64,000 nt of DNA, from contig RGAX01000001.1 in the NCBI GenBank assembly GCA_009919985.1, forward strand, positions 227 through 64,226, written 5' to 3'. Each line of letters begins with the position of its first letter. The stretch's first letter is position 1. A program made the translations under genes and the position numbers. The notes under the pieces were generated by a model, which saw only the letters and a list, made by a program, of their open reading frames with translations, did not search any database and was not told the DNA's origin. The stretch comes from Opitutaceae bacterium (GTDB lineage Bacteria > Verrucomicrobiota > Verrucomicrobiia > Opitutales > Opitutaceae). Positions 9,742 to 22,382 of this stretch are shown here, one piece after another.

Positions 9742-12700
9742 ATGGCCGACCGCACTCACTCCGAACGCACGAACTTCGGCAAACTCCGCGAAGTCATTCA
9801 GCCGCCGAATCTCATTGAGATTCAGATCACGTCCTATCTCGAGTTCCTTCAAAAGGGCATCCCCGAGAAGCAACGCAAGCCCCAGGGCTTGGAGGCCGTT
9901 TTCCGCGAGGTATTCCCGATCCATTCCTACGACGAGCGCCTCGTCCTCGAATACGTCTCCTACACCCTCGGTGATTCCAAGAATTCCGAGCTCGAGTGTC
10001 TCCGTGAAGGCGTCACCTACTCGGTGCCCCTCTACGTGAAGCTCCGCCTCCGCGAGGAAGACTTCATCAAGGACGAAGATATTTATATGGGCGAGATCCC
10101 CATGGTGACCGAGCGTGGCTCCTTCATCATCAACGGCGCCGAGCGCGTCGTTGTTTCCCAACTCCACCGCTCGCCCGGCATCGCTTTTGAAGTGACGCCG
10201 CACCCGAACGGCAAGCTGCTCCACTCCTTCCGCATCATCCCGGACCGCGGCACCTGGCTCGAAGTTCAGTTCGACAACAACGATCTGCTCTACGTCTATC
10301 TCGATCGCCGTCGCCGTCGTCGCAAATTCCTCATCACGACCTTGCTCCGCGCCATCGGATACTCGAGCGACATCGACATCCTGAATCTGTTCTACGAGAT
10401 CAAGGACCTCAAAGTTTCCAAAGCCCTAGACCTCGAGAATGTTTCCACGCTCGTTCTGGTTGAAGACGCGATCGATGCCCAACAAGGCGTCGTTCTCGCC
10501 CGTGCGTTTGAGCCGCTCACCAAGCAGATCGTTCGCACCTTCGAGAAACACGGCATCTCCACGATCCGCGTGATCGACACCACCGTCGACGAAGGCGCCC
10601 TGATCCGTGCGCTCAAGAAAGACCCGACGCGCAACGAAGAGGAAGCCCTCAAGGAAATTTACAAGCGCCTCCGCCCCGGCGAGCCGCCCACCACCGCCAA
10701 CGCCAAAGCCCTACTCAAGCGCCTCTTCTTTGATCCGAAGCGCTATGACCTCGGCCGCGTCGGTCGCTACAAGGTAAACCAAAAGCTCGGCCTCAAAGTC
10801 ACCCTCGAACAACGTATCATCGAGAGCGGTGATATCGTGGCTGCCACGAAATACCTCGGTCGCCTCAAGAAAGGCGAAGGTGTCGTCGACGACATCGATC
10901 ACCTCGGTTCACGTCGCGTCCGCACCGTCGGCGAGCTCCTCGCTAACCAATGCCGCGTCGGCCTCAGCCGCACCGAGCGTTTGGTGCGCGAGCGCATGAC
11001 GATGTATGACCAGAGCGTCGACTCGATCACGCCTCAAAAGCTGATCAATCCGAAGGCTCTGACTACGGTCATCCGCGATTTCTTCGCGCGCAGCCAGCTC
11101 TCGCAGTTCATGGACCAGATCAACCCGCTCGCCGAGGTCACGCACAAGCGCCGCCTCTCCGCGCTCGGGCCAGGCGGTCTCAATCGCGAACGCGCGGGTT
11201 TCGAAGTCCGCGACGTTCACCCTTCGCACTACGGCCGCATCTGCCCCATCGAGACCCCCGAAGGTCCGAACATTGGTCTGATCAATTCCCTCTCGACTTA
11301 CGCTCGCGTGAACGAGTTCGGCTTCATTGAGACGCCTTACCGCATCGTCAAAGATGGCCGCGCCACCGATAAGATCGAGTACCTCACCGCCGACCAAGAA
11401 GAAGCCAAGGTCATCGCCCAGGCTAATTCCGAGATCGACGAAAAGGGCCACTTCAGTGGCAAGGTTACCGTCCGTCAGGACGGAGAGTTCCTCGAAGTCT
11501 CTGCTTCCGAAGTTCACTACATGGACGTGTCGCCGAAGCAGGTGATTTCGATCGCCGCGGGCATGATTCCGTTCCTCGAGCACGACGATGCGAATCGCGC
11601 ACTCATGGGCGCCAACATGCAACGCCAAGGCGTGCCGCTCCTTCAAGCTGAGTCGCCGCTTGTCGGTACTGGCATTGAAGAACGTGTCGCTCGCGACTCT
11701 AAGATTGTCGTCGTCGCTGATGAATCTGGCATCGTCGCCTCCGTGGATGCGAAACGCATCGTCGTCACCAAAGACGGCGAGCTCCCGCGCAACCTCAAGC
11801 ACGACCCGAAGAATCACGTCTTCATCTACGAGCTGCGTAAATTCATGCGCTCGAACGCCGGCACTTGCTTCAATCAGAAGCCCATCGTCGCACTTGGCCA
11901 GAAGATCAAAGCCGGACAAATCATCGCCGACGGTCCTTCGACCGACAAGGGCGAGATGGCCCTCGGCCGCAACGTGCTCGTCGGCTTCATGCCATGGAAC
12001 GGGTACAACTTCGAAGACGCCATCCTCATCTCCGAAAAGGTGCTGAAGGAAGATATCTTCACCTCGATTCACATCCAAGAATTCGAAGTCAACGCCCGCG
12101 ACACCAAGCTCGGGCCGGAAGAAATCACGCGCGACATCCCGAACATCGGCGAAGAAGCCCTCAAGCATCTCGACCATAACGGCGTCATCCGCATCGGTGC
12201 CGAAGTGAAGCCTGGCGACATCCTTGTCGGCAAAATCACTCCGAAATCCGAAACCGAACTCGCGCCCGAGGAAAAGCTCCTCCGCGCCATTTTCGGTGAA
12301 AAAGCGGCTGATGTTAAAGACACCTCGCTCGTCGTTCCCTCGGGTGTCGGTGGCATCATCATGGACGTGAAGGTTTCTTCCCGCATCGATAATCAGGAAG
12401 AAAAACTCTCACCCTCGGACCGTCGTCGTCAGGTGAAGCAAATCCAAGAGGAATACAAAACGCAGATTGATAAACTGCGCGAAGGCCTCACGGAAGCGCT
12501 CTCCAATATCCTCCTCGGTGAAAAAATCCCGCTCGACGTCATCAACGGCGAGTCCGGCGAAATCATCATCCCGGCTAACCGCAAGATTACGAAGACGCTT
12601 CTGCGTCGTCTGGCGGCCGTTTCCAAACACGTCCAGATCGATCCGTCCCCGGTTCGCATCAAGATCATGGAAATCATCGGCTCATATCAGACCAAGTTTG

Positions 12701-13521
12701 ACGAGCTCGAAACCGACCGTGAGCGCAAGATCGGCGCGGTCGAGGCCGGCGAAGGCTCCGGAGACGGCGCCATCAAGCAGGTCAAAGTTTACGTCGCCAC
12801 TAAGCAAAAGCTTGAAGTCGGTGACAAGATGGCCGGCCGCCACGGTAACAAGGGCGTCGTCGCCAAGATCGTGCCCGAAGAAGATATGCCGTTCCTTCCC
12901 GACGGCACTCCGGTGGAAATCTGCTTGAACCCCCTCGGCGTGCCCTCGCGCATGAACGTCGGACAGGTTCTCGAGACGCACTTGGGTTGGGCCTGTAAGA
13001 AACTCGGTCTCAAAGTCGCCACTCCGGTGTTCGACGGTATCTCCGAAAAACGCGTCCGCGAATACCTCAAGGAGGCTAAGTTGCCGACCTCCGGTAAGAG
13101 CCCGCTCTTCGACGGACGCACCGGCGAGAAGATCGATCAAGAGGTCGTGGTCGGCTACATCTACATGATGAAGCTGAACCATCTTGTCTCGCACAAGATC
13201 CACGCCCGCGCGGTCGGTCCTTACTCCCTCGTTACGCAGCAACCGTTGGGCGGCAAAGCCCAATACGGTGGCCAGCGCTTCGGCGAAATGGAAGTGTGGG
13301 CGCTTGAAGCCTACGGCGCAGCGCACACCCTCCAGGAGCTCCTCACCGTCAAATCCGACGACGTGCAGGGCCGCACCAAGATCTACGAGTCGCTCGTCAA
13401 GGGAGACAATACCCTCGTCGCCGGCACGCCTGAGTCCTTCAACGTTCTCATTAAAGAAATCCAGTCCCTCGGCCTGGATATCAAACTCCAGAAACGCGAC
13501 GCGCTCAGCTACGGTTCTTAA
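9742..13521 (+). CDS. rpoB: DNA-directed RNA polymerase subunit beta
   Basis: 1259 aa. ...[32 protein letters not shown]..., [14 protein letters not shown]. Confidence 0.99.
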   Translation: MADRTHSERTNFGKLREVIQPPNLIEIQITSYLEFLQKGIPEKQRKPQGLEAVFREVFPIHSYDERLVLEYVSYTLGDSKNSELECLREGVTYSVPLYVKLRLREEDFIKDEDIYMGEIPMVTERGSFIINGAERVVVSQLHRSPGIAFEVTPHPNGKLLHSFRIIPDRGTWLEVQFDNNDLLYVYLDRRRRRRKFLITTLLRAIGYSSDIDILNLFYEIKDLKVSKALDLENVSTLVLVEDAIDAQQGVVLARAFEPLTKQIVRTFEKHGISTIRVIDTTVDEGALIRALKKDPTRNEEEALKEIYKRLRPGEPPTTANAKALLKRLFFDPKRYDLGRVGRYKVNQKLGLKVTLEQRIIESGDIVAATKYLGRLKKGEGVVDDIDHLGSRRVRTVGELLANQCRVGLSRTERLVRERMTMYDQSVDSITPQKLINPKALTTVIRDFFARSQLSQFMDQINPLAEVTHKRRLSALGPGGLNRERAGFEVRDVHPSHYGRICPIETPEGPNIGLINSLSTYARVNEFGFIETPYRIVKDGRATDKIEYLTADQEEAKVIAQANSEIDEKGHFSGKVTVRQDGEFLEVSASEVHYMDVSPKQVISIAAGMIPFLEHDDANRALMGANMQRQGVPLLQAESPLVGTGIEERVARDSKIVVVADESGIVASVDAKRIVVTKDGELPRNLKHDPKNHVFIYELRKFMRSNAGTCFNQKPIVALGQKIKAGQIIADGPSTDKGEMALGRNVLVGFMPWNGYNFEDAILISEKVLKEDIFTSIHIQEFEVNARDTKLGPEEITRDIPNIGEEALKHLDHNGVIRIGAEVKPGDILVGKITPKSETELAPEEKLLRAIFGEKAADVKDTSLVVPSGVGGIIMDVKVSSRIDNQEEKLSPSDRRRQVKQIQEEYKTQIDKLREGLTEALSNILLGEKIPLDVINGESGEIIIPANRKITKTLLRRLAAVSKHVQIDPSPVRIKIMEIIGSYQTKFDELETDRERKIGAVEAGEGSGDGAIKQVKVYVATKQKLEVGDKMAGRHGNKGVVAKIVPEEDMPFLPDGTPVEICLNPLGVPSRMNVGQVLETHLGWACKKLGLKVATPVFDGISEKRVREYLKEAKLPTSGKSPLFDGRTGEKIDQEVVVGYIYMMKLNHLVSHKIHARAVGPYSLVTQQPLGGKAQYGGQRFGEMEVWALEAYGAAHTLQELLTVKSDDVQGRTKIYESLVKGDNTLVAGTPESFNVLIKEIQSLGLDIKLQKRDALSYGS

Positions 13522-13571
13522 ACCGCCGCCTGCATCCCGTTCACTCTTAAAAAAATTCAGGAGCTAAAGCC

Positions 13572-16500
13572 ATGATTCAACCCGCCGAAACCGCCGCCTC
13601 CAACCGTGACGAAGCCCGCGCAGCCTTGGGCCTCGAAGAGAGCCCGTTCGACTGCGTGTCCATCACCGTAGCCTCGCCCGAGACCATCCGCAAATGGTCC
13701 AAAGGCGAAGTGAAGAACCCAGAGACGATCAACTATCGTACTTTCAAGCCTGAGCCAGGCGGTCTTTTTTGCCAAAAGATATTCGGGCCCGTGCGGGACT
13801 ACGAATGCGCCTGCGGAAAATACAAGCGCATCAAATACAAGGACGTCGTCTGCGATCGTTGTGGCGTCGAAGTGACCATCGCGCGCGTCCGCCGCGAGCG
13901 CATGGGCCACATCGAAATGGCCGTGCCCGTGACGCACATCTGGTTTCTCAAGTCCATGCCGAGCCGTCTCGGTTTGTTGCTCGATATGACCGCGCGCTCC
14001 CTCGAGCGCGTGATCTACTACGAGAACTACATGGTCATCGATCCGGGCAAGACCCCGCTCGAGCTCAAGCAACTGCTCACCGACACCGAGTATCGTCAGG
14101 CCCTTGACGAATACGGCGCAGATTCCTTCGTCGCTAAGATGGGCGCTGAAGCCGTCCGCGACGCTCTGGTAAAAACCGACATGGAGGCCACCGTCGCTGA
14201 GCTACAAGAGCAGATGCGCGCCACCAAGTCCAAACAGATCAAGAAAAAGCTCTCGAAGCGCCTCAAGGTCATTCAAGGCTTCATTCACTCGCGCTCCCGT
14301 CCCGAATGGATGGTTCTCGAAGTGCTGCCCGTGATCCCGCCGGACCTCCGTCCGCTCGTTCCCCTCGAAGGCGGCCGTTTTGCGACCTCCGATCTCAACG
14401 ATTTGTATCGCCGCGTCATCAACCGCAATAACCGGTTGAAAAACCTGATGCAGCTCAAGACGCCCGACGTTATCATTCATAACGAAAAGCGTATGTTGCA
14501 GGAAGCCGTCGACGCCTTGTTCGACAACGGCCGCCATGGTCGTCCCGTCACCGGCGCCGGCAATCGTCCGTTGAAATCTTTGAGCGACATGCTCAAAGGT
14601 AAACAAGGTCGTTTCCGCCAAAACTTGCTCGGCAAACGCGTCGACTACTCGGGCCGTTCCGTCATCGTCATCGGTCCTGAGCTCAAGCTCAGCCAATGCG
14701 GTCTGCCCAAGAAGATGGCGCTCGTCTTGTTCGAGCCGTTCATCATCCGCCGCCTGAAGGAGCTCGGTTTCGTGCACACCGTTCGCGGTGCTCGCAAGAT
14801 GATCGAGAAGAAATCTCCCGAAGTCTGGGACATTTTGGAAGAAGTGACCAAGGGTCACCCGGTGCTGCTCAACCGCGCGCCTACGCTTCACCGTCTTTCC
14901 ATCCAGGCCTTCGAGCCCGTCCTCATTGAGGGCGAAGCTATTCGCGTTCACCCGCTGGTCTGCACCGCTTACAACGCGGACTTTGACGGGGACCAAATGG
15001 CCGTCCATGTGCCGCTCTCCCTCGAGGCTATCCTCGAGTGCAAGTTGCTCATGATGGCGACCAACAACATCTTCTCGCCGTCCTCCGGCAAGCCGATCCT
15101 CACGCCCTCGCAGGACATCGTCCTTGGTGCCTACTACCTCACCATCGAACCCCGCACCAAGCCTGCCAAAGGCGTGCGCGTGCCGCTGCTTAGCGGCTTG
15201 CATGAAGTGCTCTACGTCAAGGCCGATGGCGCGCTCAAGGTTCACGATTGGGTCGAAGTCCCGAATCCCGATTTTGGCCGCGACACCGTCTACGGCAACA
15301 AGGAGAAGAAAATTCTCCGCTCCACCGTCGGCCGCGTCATCTTCAACCAAATCTGGCCGAAGGAACTCGGTTTCATTAACTTCCCGGTCCCGAAGGCCAA
15401 GCTCGGTGACTTGATTCTCAATACCTATAAGTCCGCCGGTCACGCTATGACCGTTGAGACCCTCGACAAGCTCAAGGAGCTCGGTTTCCAAACCGCGTTC
15501 CAAGCAGGCATCTCGATCGGTATCGACGACATGATCATCCCTGAGTCCAAGAAAGACATTGTCACGGACTCCCGTAAGAAAATCACCGAAGTCGAAGCCC
15601 AATTCAACAAGGGTATCATCACCGACGGCGAACGTTACAACAAGGTCGTCGACATCTGGACCAACGCCACCGACCGCATTGCCAAAGAGGTTTTCGCCAA
15701 ACTCGAAACCAACGAAGGCAAGACCGAGGTGAACCCGGTTTACATCATGATGGATTCCGGCGCGCGTGGTAATAAACAGCAGGTCCGCCAGCTCTGTGGC
15801 GCCCGCGGTCTTATGGCCAAGCCCTCCGGCGAAATCATTGAACGTCCGATTCTCTCGTCCTTCCGCGAAGGTCTCACCGTTCTTGAATACTTCATCTCGA
15901 CGCACGGCGCCCGTAAGGGTCTCGCTGATACCGCGCTCAAGACCGCCGACGCCGGCTACCTCACCCGCAAATTGTGCGATGTGGCCATGGACGTAATCAT
16001 CTGCGAAGACGACTCCGGTGCCCGCGACGGCGTCTGGAAGAAAGCCATCTTCGAAGGTGACGACGAAATCGTCGCCCTCAAGGAGCGTCTCATCGGCCGT
16101 TGCTCCAGCGACGACGTTTATAACCCGCTTAACCCTTCCGAACTCATCGTGGGCTCCGGCGACCTCATTACCGAGGAAGCCGCCTCCAAGATCGACGACG
16201 TCGGCATTGAGCGCGTCAAGGTCATGTCCCCGCTCACCTGCACGAGCCCCGCGGGCATCGACGCCAAGTCCTACGGCATCAATCCGGCCACCAGCCGCGT
16301 CGCCAAGATCGGTGACTCGGTCGGTATCATCGCTGCCCAGTCCATCGGCGAACCCGGCACGCAGCTTACGATGCGTACTTTCCACATTGGTGGCGTCGCC
16401 TCCGGCGGTTTCAAAACCCCCGAAATCCGCGTCCGCTCCGCCGGTAAAATCAAATACAAAGCCCTCCGCCTCGTACAAACGGCTGAAGGCGGCAACATCG

Positions 16501-17714
16501 TTCTTAACAAGACCGGCACCATCCAAGTCGTCGACGACGACGGCAAGGAACTCGAAAACTACAATATCGTGGTCGGTTCCTTCCTGCACGTCGGTGACGG
16601 CGAGAAGATCGGTAAAGGCGACATCCTCGCTCAATGGGATCCTTACAACGTGCCCGTCCTCTCTGAAAAGGGTGGCTCGCTGCACTTCAAGGACATGATC
16701 CCCGGCGTCACCGTGAAGCGCGAACTCGACGAATCCTCGGGCCGCATTGCTACGGTCGTCATCGAGCACAAAGAAGATCTCAATCCACAGATCGAAGTGC
16801 GTGACGCGAAGAACAAGCCCCTCGCGGCTTATTCCATTCCTGTCGGCGCGCAGATCGCCGTCAACGAAGGCGACACGATCGCCCCAGGTGCTCTCCTCGC
16901 TAAGACGCCGCGTCAGGCCTCCAAGACCAAGGATATCACTGGTGGTTTGCCCCGCGTCGCCGAGCTGTTCGAAGCCCGGCGTCCGAAAGATGCCGCCGAA
17001 ATGGCGCGCATCGATGGCGTGGTTGCCTTCGAAGGTACCGTCCGCGGCAAGCGTAAGCTCGTCGTCAAAAACGAAGAGACCGCCCAGGAAGAAGAACACC
17101 TCATCCCGACCGGCAAACACATCATCGTGCAACCCGGCGACGTCGTCCACAAAGGCCAACACCTCACGGAAGGCTCCGCCGACCCGCATGAGATCCTGGA
17201 AATCCTCGGGCCATCCGCGCTCTACGACTTCCTGATTTCCCAAGTGCAAGAAGTTTATCGTCTCCAAGGCGTGACGATTAACGACAAGCACATCGAAATC
17301 ATCATCCGCCAGATGTTGCGCAAAGTTCGGATCACCGATCCGGGCGACAGCGAATACTTCTGGGGCGAGCAAGTCGATCGCGCGGCCTTCCTCACCGACA
17401 ACCGTCGGATCGAAGAAGCCGGTGGCAAGCCCGCCGAAGCCGAGCCGATCCTCCTTGGCATCACTAAAGCCTCGCTGGAAACCGAGAGCTTCATCTCGGC
17501 CGCTTCCTTCCAAGAGACGACGCGCGTCCTCACCGACGCCTCGACGCTGGGCAAGGTCGACATGCTCCGCGGCTTCAAGGAAAATGTCATCATGGGCCAT
17601 CTCATCCCAGCGGGCACGGGCCTGCCGCGTTACAAGAAGCTCAAGATCAGCTTGCCCTTCGGCGCCGACCTCCCGGCCGAAGACGAAGCAACGGCCGAGG
17701 CCAGCGCTAGCTAA
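13572..17714 (+). CDS. rpoC: DNA-directed RNA polymerase subunit beta'
   Basis: 1380 aa. Zinc motif [20 protein letters not shown] and catalytic motif [16 protein letters not shown]. Confidence 0.99.
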   Translation: MIQPAETAASNRDEARAALGLEESPFDCVSITVASPETIRKWSKGEVKNPETINYRTFKPEPGGLFCQKIFGPVRDYECACGKYKRIKYKDVVCDRCGVEVTIARVRRERMGHIEMAVPVTHIWFLKSMPSRLGLLLDMTARSLERVIYYENYMVIDPGKTPLELKQLLTDTEYRQALDEYGADSFVAKMGAEAVRDALVKTDMEATVAELQEQMRATKSKQIKKKLSKRLKVIQGFIHSRSRPEWMVLEVLPVIPPDLRPLVPLEGGRFATSDLNDLYRRVINRNNRLKNLMQLKTPDVIIHNEKRMLQEAVDALFDNGRHGRPVTGAGNRPLKSLSDMLKGKQGRFRQNLLGKRVDYSGRSVIVIGPELKLSQCGLPKKMALVLFEPFIIRRLKELGFVHTVRGARKMIEKKSPEVWDILEEVTKGHPVLLNRAPTLHRLSIQAFEPVLIEGEAIRVHPLVCTAYNADFDGDQMAVHVPLSLEAILECKLLMMATNNIFSPSSGKPILTPSQDIVLGAYYLTIEPRTKPAKGVRVPLLSGLHEVLYVKADGALKVHDWVEVPNPDFGRDTVYGNKEKKILRSTVGRVIFNQIWPKELGFINFPVPKAKLGDLILNTYKSAGHAMTVETLDKLKELGFQTAFQAGISIGIDDMIIPESKKDIVTDSRKKITEVEAQFNKGIITDGERYNKVVDIWTNATDRIAKEVFAKLETNEGKTEVNPVYIMMDSGARGNKQQVRQLCGARGLMAKPSGEIIERPILSSFREGLTVLEYFISTHGARKGLADTALKTADAGYLTRKLCDVAMDVIICEDDSGARDGVWKKAIFEGDDEIVALKERLIGRCSSDDVYNPLNPSELIVGSGDLITEEAASKIDDVGIERVKVMSPLTCTSPAGIDAKSYGINPATSRVAKIGDSVGIIAAQSIGEPGTQLTMRTFHIGGVASGGFKTPEIRVRSAGKIKYKALRLVQTAEGGNIVLNKTGTIQVVDDDGKELENYNIVVGSFLHVGDGEKIGKGDILAQWDPYNVPVLSEKGGSLHFKDMIPGVTVKRELDESSGRIATVVIEHKEDLNPQIEVRDAKNKPLAAYSIPVGAQIAVNEGDTIAPGALLAKTPRQASKTKDITGGLPRVAELFEARRPKDAAEMARIDGVVAFEGTVRGKRKLVVKNEETAQEEEHLIPTGKHIIVQPGDVVHKGQHLTEGSADPHEILEILGPSALYDFLISQVQEVYRLQGVTINDKHIEIIIRQMLRKVRITDPGDSEYFWGEQVDRAAFLTDNRRIEEAGGKPAEAEPILLGITKASLETESFISAASFQETTRVLTDASTLGKVDMLRGFKENVIMGHLIPAGTGLPRYKKLKISLPFGADLPAEDEATAEASAS

Positions 17715-17738
17715 TACTCGAGTTCGTTTATCTTTCAA

Positions 17739-17768
17739 AGCCGCGGGAATTTTTCCCGCGGCTTTTTT
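17739..17768 (+). terminator. Rho-independent terminator after rpoC
   Basis: GCCGCGGGAA-TTT-TTCCCGCGGC (10 bp perfect stem) followed by TTTTTT, 25 nt after the rpoC stop. Confidence 0.85.
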
Positions 17769-18059
17769 ATTGTTATATGCCAACCAGAACCCCAAAGGCC
17801 TTGATCGATAAACGCGGTGGCGGGCAGGGGAGTTTCCAGTCAGTTTTCGGGATCAAAAAAGCAGGGGATAAAATATCAATCCCGCGCGATGCCCACGAAC
17901 GATAGACGAAGCGGCCTGAGCACGATCGCCGTGGACAAATAATGTGAAAAAAAGCTAGACGGATTCATTTCGGGGATTTTCGAGGGGTAAAACCCCGCGG
18001 CTGCGAAAGCGGTTTTTTAGGTGTTTCTCCTCTGAGAAAAGATTTTTTTAAACAAGCAG

Positions 18060-18088
18060 TTGGGTGGGGCTTGGGAGTTTTTTAAGAT
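18060..18088 (+). promoter_or_regulatory. Candidate sigma70-type promoter for the rpsL superoperon
   Basis: TTGGGT-N17-TAAGAT, about 80 nt upstream of the rpsL ATG. It is only a partial match to TTGACA/TATAAT, and the promoter consensus for this lineage is unknown to me. Confidence 0.25.
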
Positions 18089-18169
18089 TTATCCAGAAAG
18101 TTCTTGCCGCGCATTTCGTTGCGGGTAGCTTCAACCTCTTTTCCCAAATTTCCACACTCTCTTATTCGT

Positions 18170-18553
18170 ATGCCGACCATCAATCAACTCGTGCGCAAAG
18201 GCCGCCGCGCAGTGCGAATCAAATCAAAGTCTCCGGCTTTGGACGGTAACCCGTTTCGCCGCGGAGTCTGCGTGCAGGTCATGACCCGCACCCCCAAGAA
18301 GCCCAATTCCGCTATCCGTAAGGTCGCGAAAGTACGTCTCACCAACGGCAACGAAGTCATCTCCTACATCCCTGATGAAGGCCACAATCTCCAGGAGCAC
18401 TCGATTGTGCTCGTGCGTGGTGGTCGTGTGAAGGATTTGCCCGGTGTGCGCTATCACATCGTGCGCGGCACCCTCGACGCCACGGGCGTAGAGAAGCGTC
18501 GTCGCAGCCGTTCCAAATACGGCGTGAAACGTCCTAAGGCTGTTAAGAAATAA
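18170..18553 (+). CDS. rpsL: 30S ribosomal protein S12
   Basis: Internal ATG of ORF 18104..18553. [48 protein letters not shown]. Confidence 0.98.
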   Translation: MPTINQLVRKGRRAVRIKSKSPALDGNPFRRGVCVQVMTRTPKKPNSAIRKVAKVRLTNGNEVISYIPDEGHNLQEHSIVLVRGGRVKDLPGVRYHIVRGTLDATGVEKRRRSRSKYGVKRPKAVKK

Positions 18554-18576
18554 TTTTACCGAGGAGAATTTGCACC

Positions 18577-19050
18577 ATGTCACGTCGTCACAGAGCAGAA
18601 AAACGTCACGTTGAGCCCGATGCGCGCTATAACAGCCCGCTGGTCGCTCACCTCGTCAATGTCATCATGAAGAGCGGCAAGAAGAACCTTGCCCAACGCA
18701 TCGTCTACGGAGCGTTTGAAAAAGTCTCCGAGAAGCTCGAAAAGGGTGACCCGGTTGACCTGATGCTCGGCGCGCTTGAAAACGCCCGTCCTCGCCTCGA
18801 AGTGAAGAGCCGCCGCGTTGGTGGTGCAACCTACCAGGTTCCGATCGAAATCTCTTTTGAGCGCCAAGAAAGCCTCGCGCTGCGTTGGATCGTGGATGCC
18901 GCTGGTGCCCGCAAAGGTCTCCCCATGAAGGATGCCCTCGCTGCCGAAATCATCGATGCTTACAATAACACCGGTTCGGTAGTTAAAAAGAAGGAAGACA
19001 CGCACAAGATGGCGCAAGCCAACCGTGCCTTCGCTCACCTCCGCTGGTAA
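18577..19050 (+). CDS. rpsG: 30S ribosomal protein S7
   Basis: [44 protein letters not shown]. Confidence 0.98.
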   Translation: MSRRHRAEKRHVEPDARYNSPLVAHLVNVIMKSGKKNLAQRIVYGAFEKVSEKLEKGDPVDLMLGALENARPRLEVKSRRVGGATYQVPIEISFERQESLALRWIVDAAGARKGLPMKDALAAEIIDAYNNTGSVVKKKEDTHKMAQANRAFAHLRW

Positions 19051-19071
19051 TCACAATTTAGGACCTTGTCC

Positions 19072-21267
19072 ATGTCTGCCGCCGTTCCTCCCGTCATCAC
19101 GATCGTTACCGATAAGACGAAAGTCTCCCCGGTAAACTCTAAAGACCGCCCGTTCCCTCTCGAGTGGACGCGTAACATCGGTATTGCCGCGCACATCGAT
19201 GCGGGCAAGACCACCACGACCGAGCGTATTCTATTCTACTCGGGCGCAGTGCACAAGATGGGTGAAGTGCACGAAGGCACGACCGTCACCGACTGGATGG
19301 AACAAGAGCGCGAACGTGGCATCACGATCACCGCAGCTGCTATTTCCTGCGCTTGGAATGCTTCTTGGGGACCCTGGAAAGGCATCAAGCAGCGTATCAA
19401 TATTATCGACACTCCCGGACACGTGGATTTCACGGCCGAGGTGGAGCGCTCCTTGCGCGTCCTCGATGGCGCCGTCGCCGTTTTCGATGCCGTTTCCGGC
19501 GTTCAGCCTCAGTCTGAAACCGTTTGGCGTCAGGCCAACAAGTACCGCGTGCCTCGCATCGCGTTCATCAACAAGATGGACCGAGTCGGCGCGAATTTCT
19601 TCCGTTGTATCGATGATATCCGCAACAAGCTGAAGGCCAATGCCCACGCTCTGTATTTGCCCATCGGTGCTGAAGAAAATTTCACGGGTCTCGTGGATTT
19701 GGTGCAGAACGTAGCCTATTCTTTCGAGGAGAATCCCAGCGATCCGCTCGGGATGAAGCCGACCACGATGGAGATTCCTGATGCAATGAAAGCGCAGGCA
19801 AAGGAATACCGTGATAAGTTGATTGAGGCGGTTTCCGATTTCGATGACGTTCTGGCTGAAAAATACCTCAATGGTGAGGCCATCAGTGTCGACGAACTCA
19901 TGCTCGCCGTACGCAAAGCGACCATTTCGTTGCAGTTCACCGGCGTGTTCCCAGGTTCAGCCTTTAAGAAAAAGGGCGTGCAGCGTCTCCTTGATTGCGT
20001 TGTCAATTACCTCCCCAGCCCCATCGACGTTCCTCCAATGCAGGGTCAGGATAGCGACGGTAACCAGGTTGAAGCTGTGGTTAATGACAAGGCCAAGCTT
20101 GCCGGCCTCGCCTTCAAACTCTGGAACGATCCTTTCGTGGGTCGTCTCGTATTCTTCCGCGTTTATACCGGCCAATTGCCGCGAGGCATGGCGCTTTATA
20201 ATCCTCGCACCCGCCGCACCGAGCGCGTTTCCCGTCTCGTTTTGATGCGCGCCATCGAACGTGAAGAAATTGACGTCGCGTACGCAGGCGACATTTGTGC
20301 CGTCGTCGGAGTCAAAGATGTCATCACAGGCGATACTTTGTGCGACGAGGATTTCGATATCCGCCTCGAGCCACCTTCCTTCCCCGAGCCGGTTATCTCG
20401 ATGTCCATCGAGCCTAATTCGAAGGCCGACCAAGAGAAGCTGGGAGTCGCTCTGCAACGCTTGGTTGCAGAAGATCCAACCCTACGCGTTAAGACCGACC
20501 AAGATACCGGTCAGACCATTCTCGCCGGCATGGGCGAACTCCATCTCGAAATCATCATCGATCGCATGAAGCGCGAGTTCAAGGTCGAGGCTACCACGGG
20601 TAAGCCGCAGATCGCGTATCGTGAAACCATCGCCAAATCGGCTGACGGCGAAGGCAAATTCATCCGTCAATCCGGTGGTAAGGGTCAATACGGCCACGTC
20701 GTTATCAAGCTTGAGCCCAACGAAAAAGGTAAGGGCGTCGAGATCCTTAATGAAACCGTGGGTGGTTCGATCCCGAAGGAATTTATCAAGCCAGCGACCG
20801 ACGGTATCCGTGAAGGCAGCAACAACGGTGTTGTCGCGGGCTTCCCAGTCGTCGATGTCATCATTCGCATCATTGATGGTTCTTTCCACGAGGTCGACTC
20901 CTCGGAACTGGCCTTCAAGATGGCGGGCATCTTCGCGTTCAAGGACGCGATGAAGAAGGCTAACCCCATCTTGCTCGAGCCCATCATGGGCGTCGAAGTC
21001 ACCACCCCTGAAGAATACCAAGGCGATCTCATGGGCGACATCAACCGTCGTCGCGGCCAGATCCAAGGTATGGAAAATAAAGCCGGCGCGTGCATCATCG
21101 CGGCGCACGTTCCACTTGAGTTGCTCTTCGGTTACGTCACCGATATTCGCTCCCTTTCCAAGGGTCGCGCCAGTGCAGGTATCACGCCTTCGCACTTTGA
21201 ACAGGTGCCAAATTCTCTCCTTGCCAAGATTGTCGAAACCAACGCCAAGGGCCCGGCCCGCAGCTAA
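19072..21267 (+). CDS. fusA: Elongation factor G
   Basis: NIGIAAHIDAGKTTTTERILFYSG and INIIDTPGHVDF. I preferred the ATG at 19072 over the TTG at 19066. The N-terminus is about 25 aa longer than in E. coli EF-G. Confidence 0.97.
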   Translation: MSAAVPPVITIVTDKTKVSPVNSKDRPFPLEWTRNIGIAAHIDAGKTTTTERILFYSGAVHKMGEVHEGTTVTDWMEQERERGITITAAAISCAWNASWGPWKGIKQRINIIDTPGHVDFTAEVERSLRVLDGAVAVFDAVSGVQPQSETVWRQANKYRVPRIAFINKMDRVGANFFRCIDDIRNKLKANAHALYLPIGAEENFTGLVDLVQNVAYSFEENPSDPLGMKPTTMEIPDAMKAQAKEYRDKLIEAVSDFDDVLAEKYLNGEAISVDELMLAVRKATISLQFTGVFPGSAFKKKGVQRLLDCVVNYLPSPIDVPPMQGQDSDGNQVEAVVNDKAKLAGLAFKLWNDPFVGRLVFFRVYTGQLPRGMALYNPRTRRTERVSRLVLMRAIEREEIDVAYAGDICAVVGVKDVITGDTLCDEDFDIRLEPPSFPEPVISMSIEPNSKADQEKLGVALQRLVAEDPTLRVKTDQDTGQTILAGMGELHLEIIIDRMKREFKVEATTGKPQIAYRETIAKSADGEGKFIRQSGGKGQYGHVVIKLEPNEKGKGVEILNETVGGSIPKEFIKPATDGIREGSNNGVVAGFPVVDVIIRIIDGSFHEVDSSELAFKMAGIFAFKDAMKKANPILLEPIMGVEVTTPEEYQGDLMGDINRRRGQIQGMENKAGACIIAAHVPLELLFGYVTDIRSLSKGRASAGITPSHFEQVPNSLLAKIVETNAKGPARS

Positions 21268-21288
21268 ACTTATCCGTTCTTTTACGCC

Positions 21289-21597
21289 ATGAAAGGCCAA
21301 CGCATTCGCATCAAACTCCAGGGCTTCGATTATCGAGTGATCGATCAATCAGCTCAGGACATCGTCGAGACCGCCAAACGCTCCGGCGCCCGTGTCTCCG
21401 GCCCCATTCCGCTGCCTACGCGCATCGAAAAACTCTCCGTCAATCGCTCGCCCCACGTGGACAAGAAGTCGATGGAGCAGTTCGAGACCCGCACGCATAA
21501 GCGCCTGATTGATATTATTGAGCCCACGGCCCAAACGGTCGACGAGCTCAAGAAGCTCAATCTGCCTTCAGGCGTCGACATCACCATTAACGTCTAA
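21289..21597 (+). CDS. rpsJ: 30S ribosomal protein S10
   Basis: [44 protein letters not shown]. Confidence 0.98.
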   Translation: MKGQRIRIKLQGFDYRVIDQSAQDIVETAKRSGARVSGPIPLPTRIEKLSVNRSPHVDKKSMEQFETRTHKRLIDIIEPTAQTVDELKKLNLPSGVDITINV

Positions 21598-21716
21598 CAC
21601 CCAGACTCAATCACTCTACAGTCAGCAGTTGCCTATGTGCCTTTAGTGGCACCTCTAGGTCCCTCGCTTAAGTAGGTCCGTTTAAACGGAAAACCTTTCC
21701 ACCTACCGCTTAGCCC

Positions 21717-22367
21717 ATGATCTCCTCGCTCCTAGGCAAAAAACTCGGGATGACGCAGGTCTACGACGCTCAAAACGTCTTAGTCCCCGTCACCGTCGTT
21801 GAAGCCGGACCCTGCCCAGTGGTCCAAGTTAAAACCGTTGAAAAAGACGGTTATAACGCTGTCCAAATCGGCTTCTCTTCCAAGAAGCCCAAAAACACCG
21901 CCGCCGGTGAACAAGGTCATGCCAAAAAGGCCGGACTTGAAATCGCGCCGCGGTTGCTCAGCGAAGTTCGCTCTTCGGCTGCCCCCACGCTCAAAGTTGG
22001 CGACATTGTCACCGTAGCGACCTTCACTGAAGGTCAGCTCGTTGATGTCAGTGGCGTCACCAAGGGTAAAGGCTTCCAAGGCGTCGTGAAACGTTTCCGT
22101 GTGGCTGGCGGTCCCGCCTCGCACGGTTCCATGTTTCATCGCCGAATTGGTTCTATCGGCATGCGCCAGACTCCTGGTCGCGTCTGGAAAAACCAAGCCA
22201 TGCCCGGTCACATGGGCAGCGATGCCCGCACCGTGCAAAACCTGCGCGTGGTGAAAATCATCGCCGAGCAGAACCTCATCCTTGTGAAAGGCGCCATTCC
22301 TGGTGCCAACGGCGACGACGTGATCGTTCGCTCCGCCATCAAGGGCCAACCTAAAGCCGCCAAGTAA
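21717..22367 (+). CDS. rplC: 50S ribosomal protein L3
   Basis: LLGKKLGMTQVYD...VSGVTKGKGFQGVVKR. Confidence 0.98.
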   Translation: MISSLLGKKLGMTQVYDAQNVLVPVTVVEAGPCPVVQVKTVEKDGYNAVQIGFSSKKPKNTAAGEQGHAKKAGLEIAPRLLSEVRSSAAPTLKVGDIVTVATFTEGQLVDVSGVTKGKGFQGVVKRFRVAGGPASHGSMFHRRIGSIGMRQTPGRVWKNQAMPGHMGSDARTVQNLRVVKIIAEQNLILVKGAIPGANGDDVIVRSAIKGQPKAAK

Positions 22368-22382
22368 CCCGGAGCCACCAAC

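Noticed and set aside
14202-17795. A 1197-codon ORF antisense to rpoC. Similar long antisense ORFs lie opposite tuf (5090..6082), rplJ/rplL (8535..9596), rpoB (10909..12177), rplC/rplD (21780..22805) and others.
   Set aside because: They exactly overlie genes with unmistakable conserved products. Their translations are low-complexity (G/D/A/V/R-rich). Stop-free antisense frames are expected where sense codons are strongly GC3-biased. There is no independent start context or motif.
17777-17908. A 43-codon ATG ORF in the rpoC-rpsL spacer.
   Set aside because: Its third-codon positions are not GC-enriched, unlike every confident gene in the window. It has no start context or motif and is probably non-coding.
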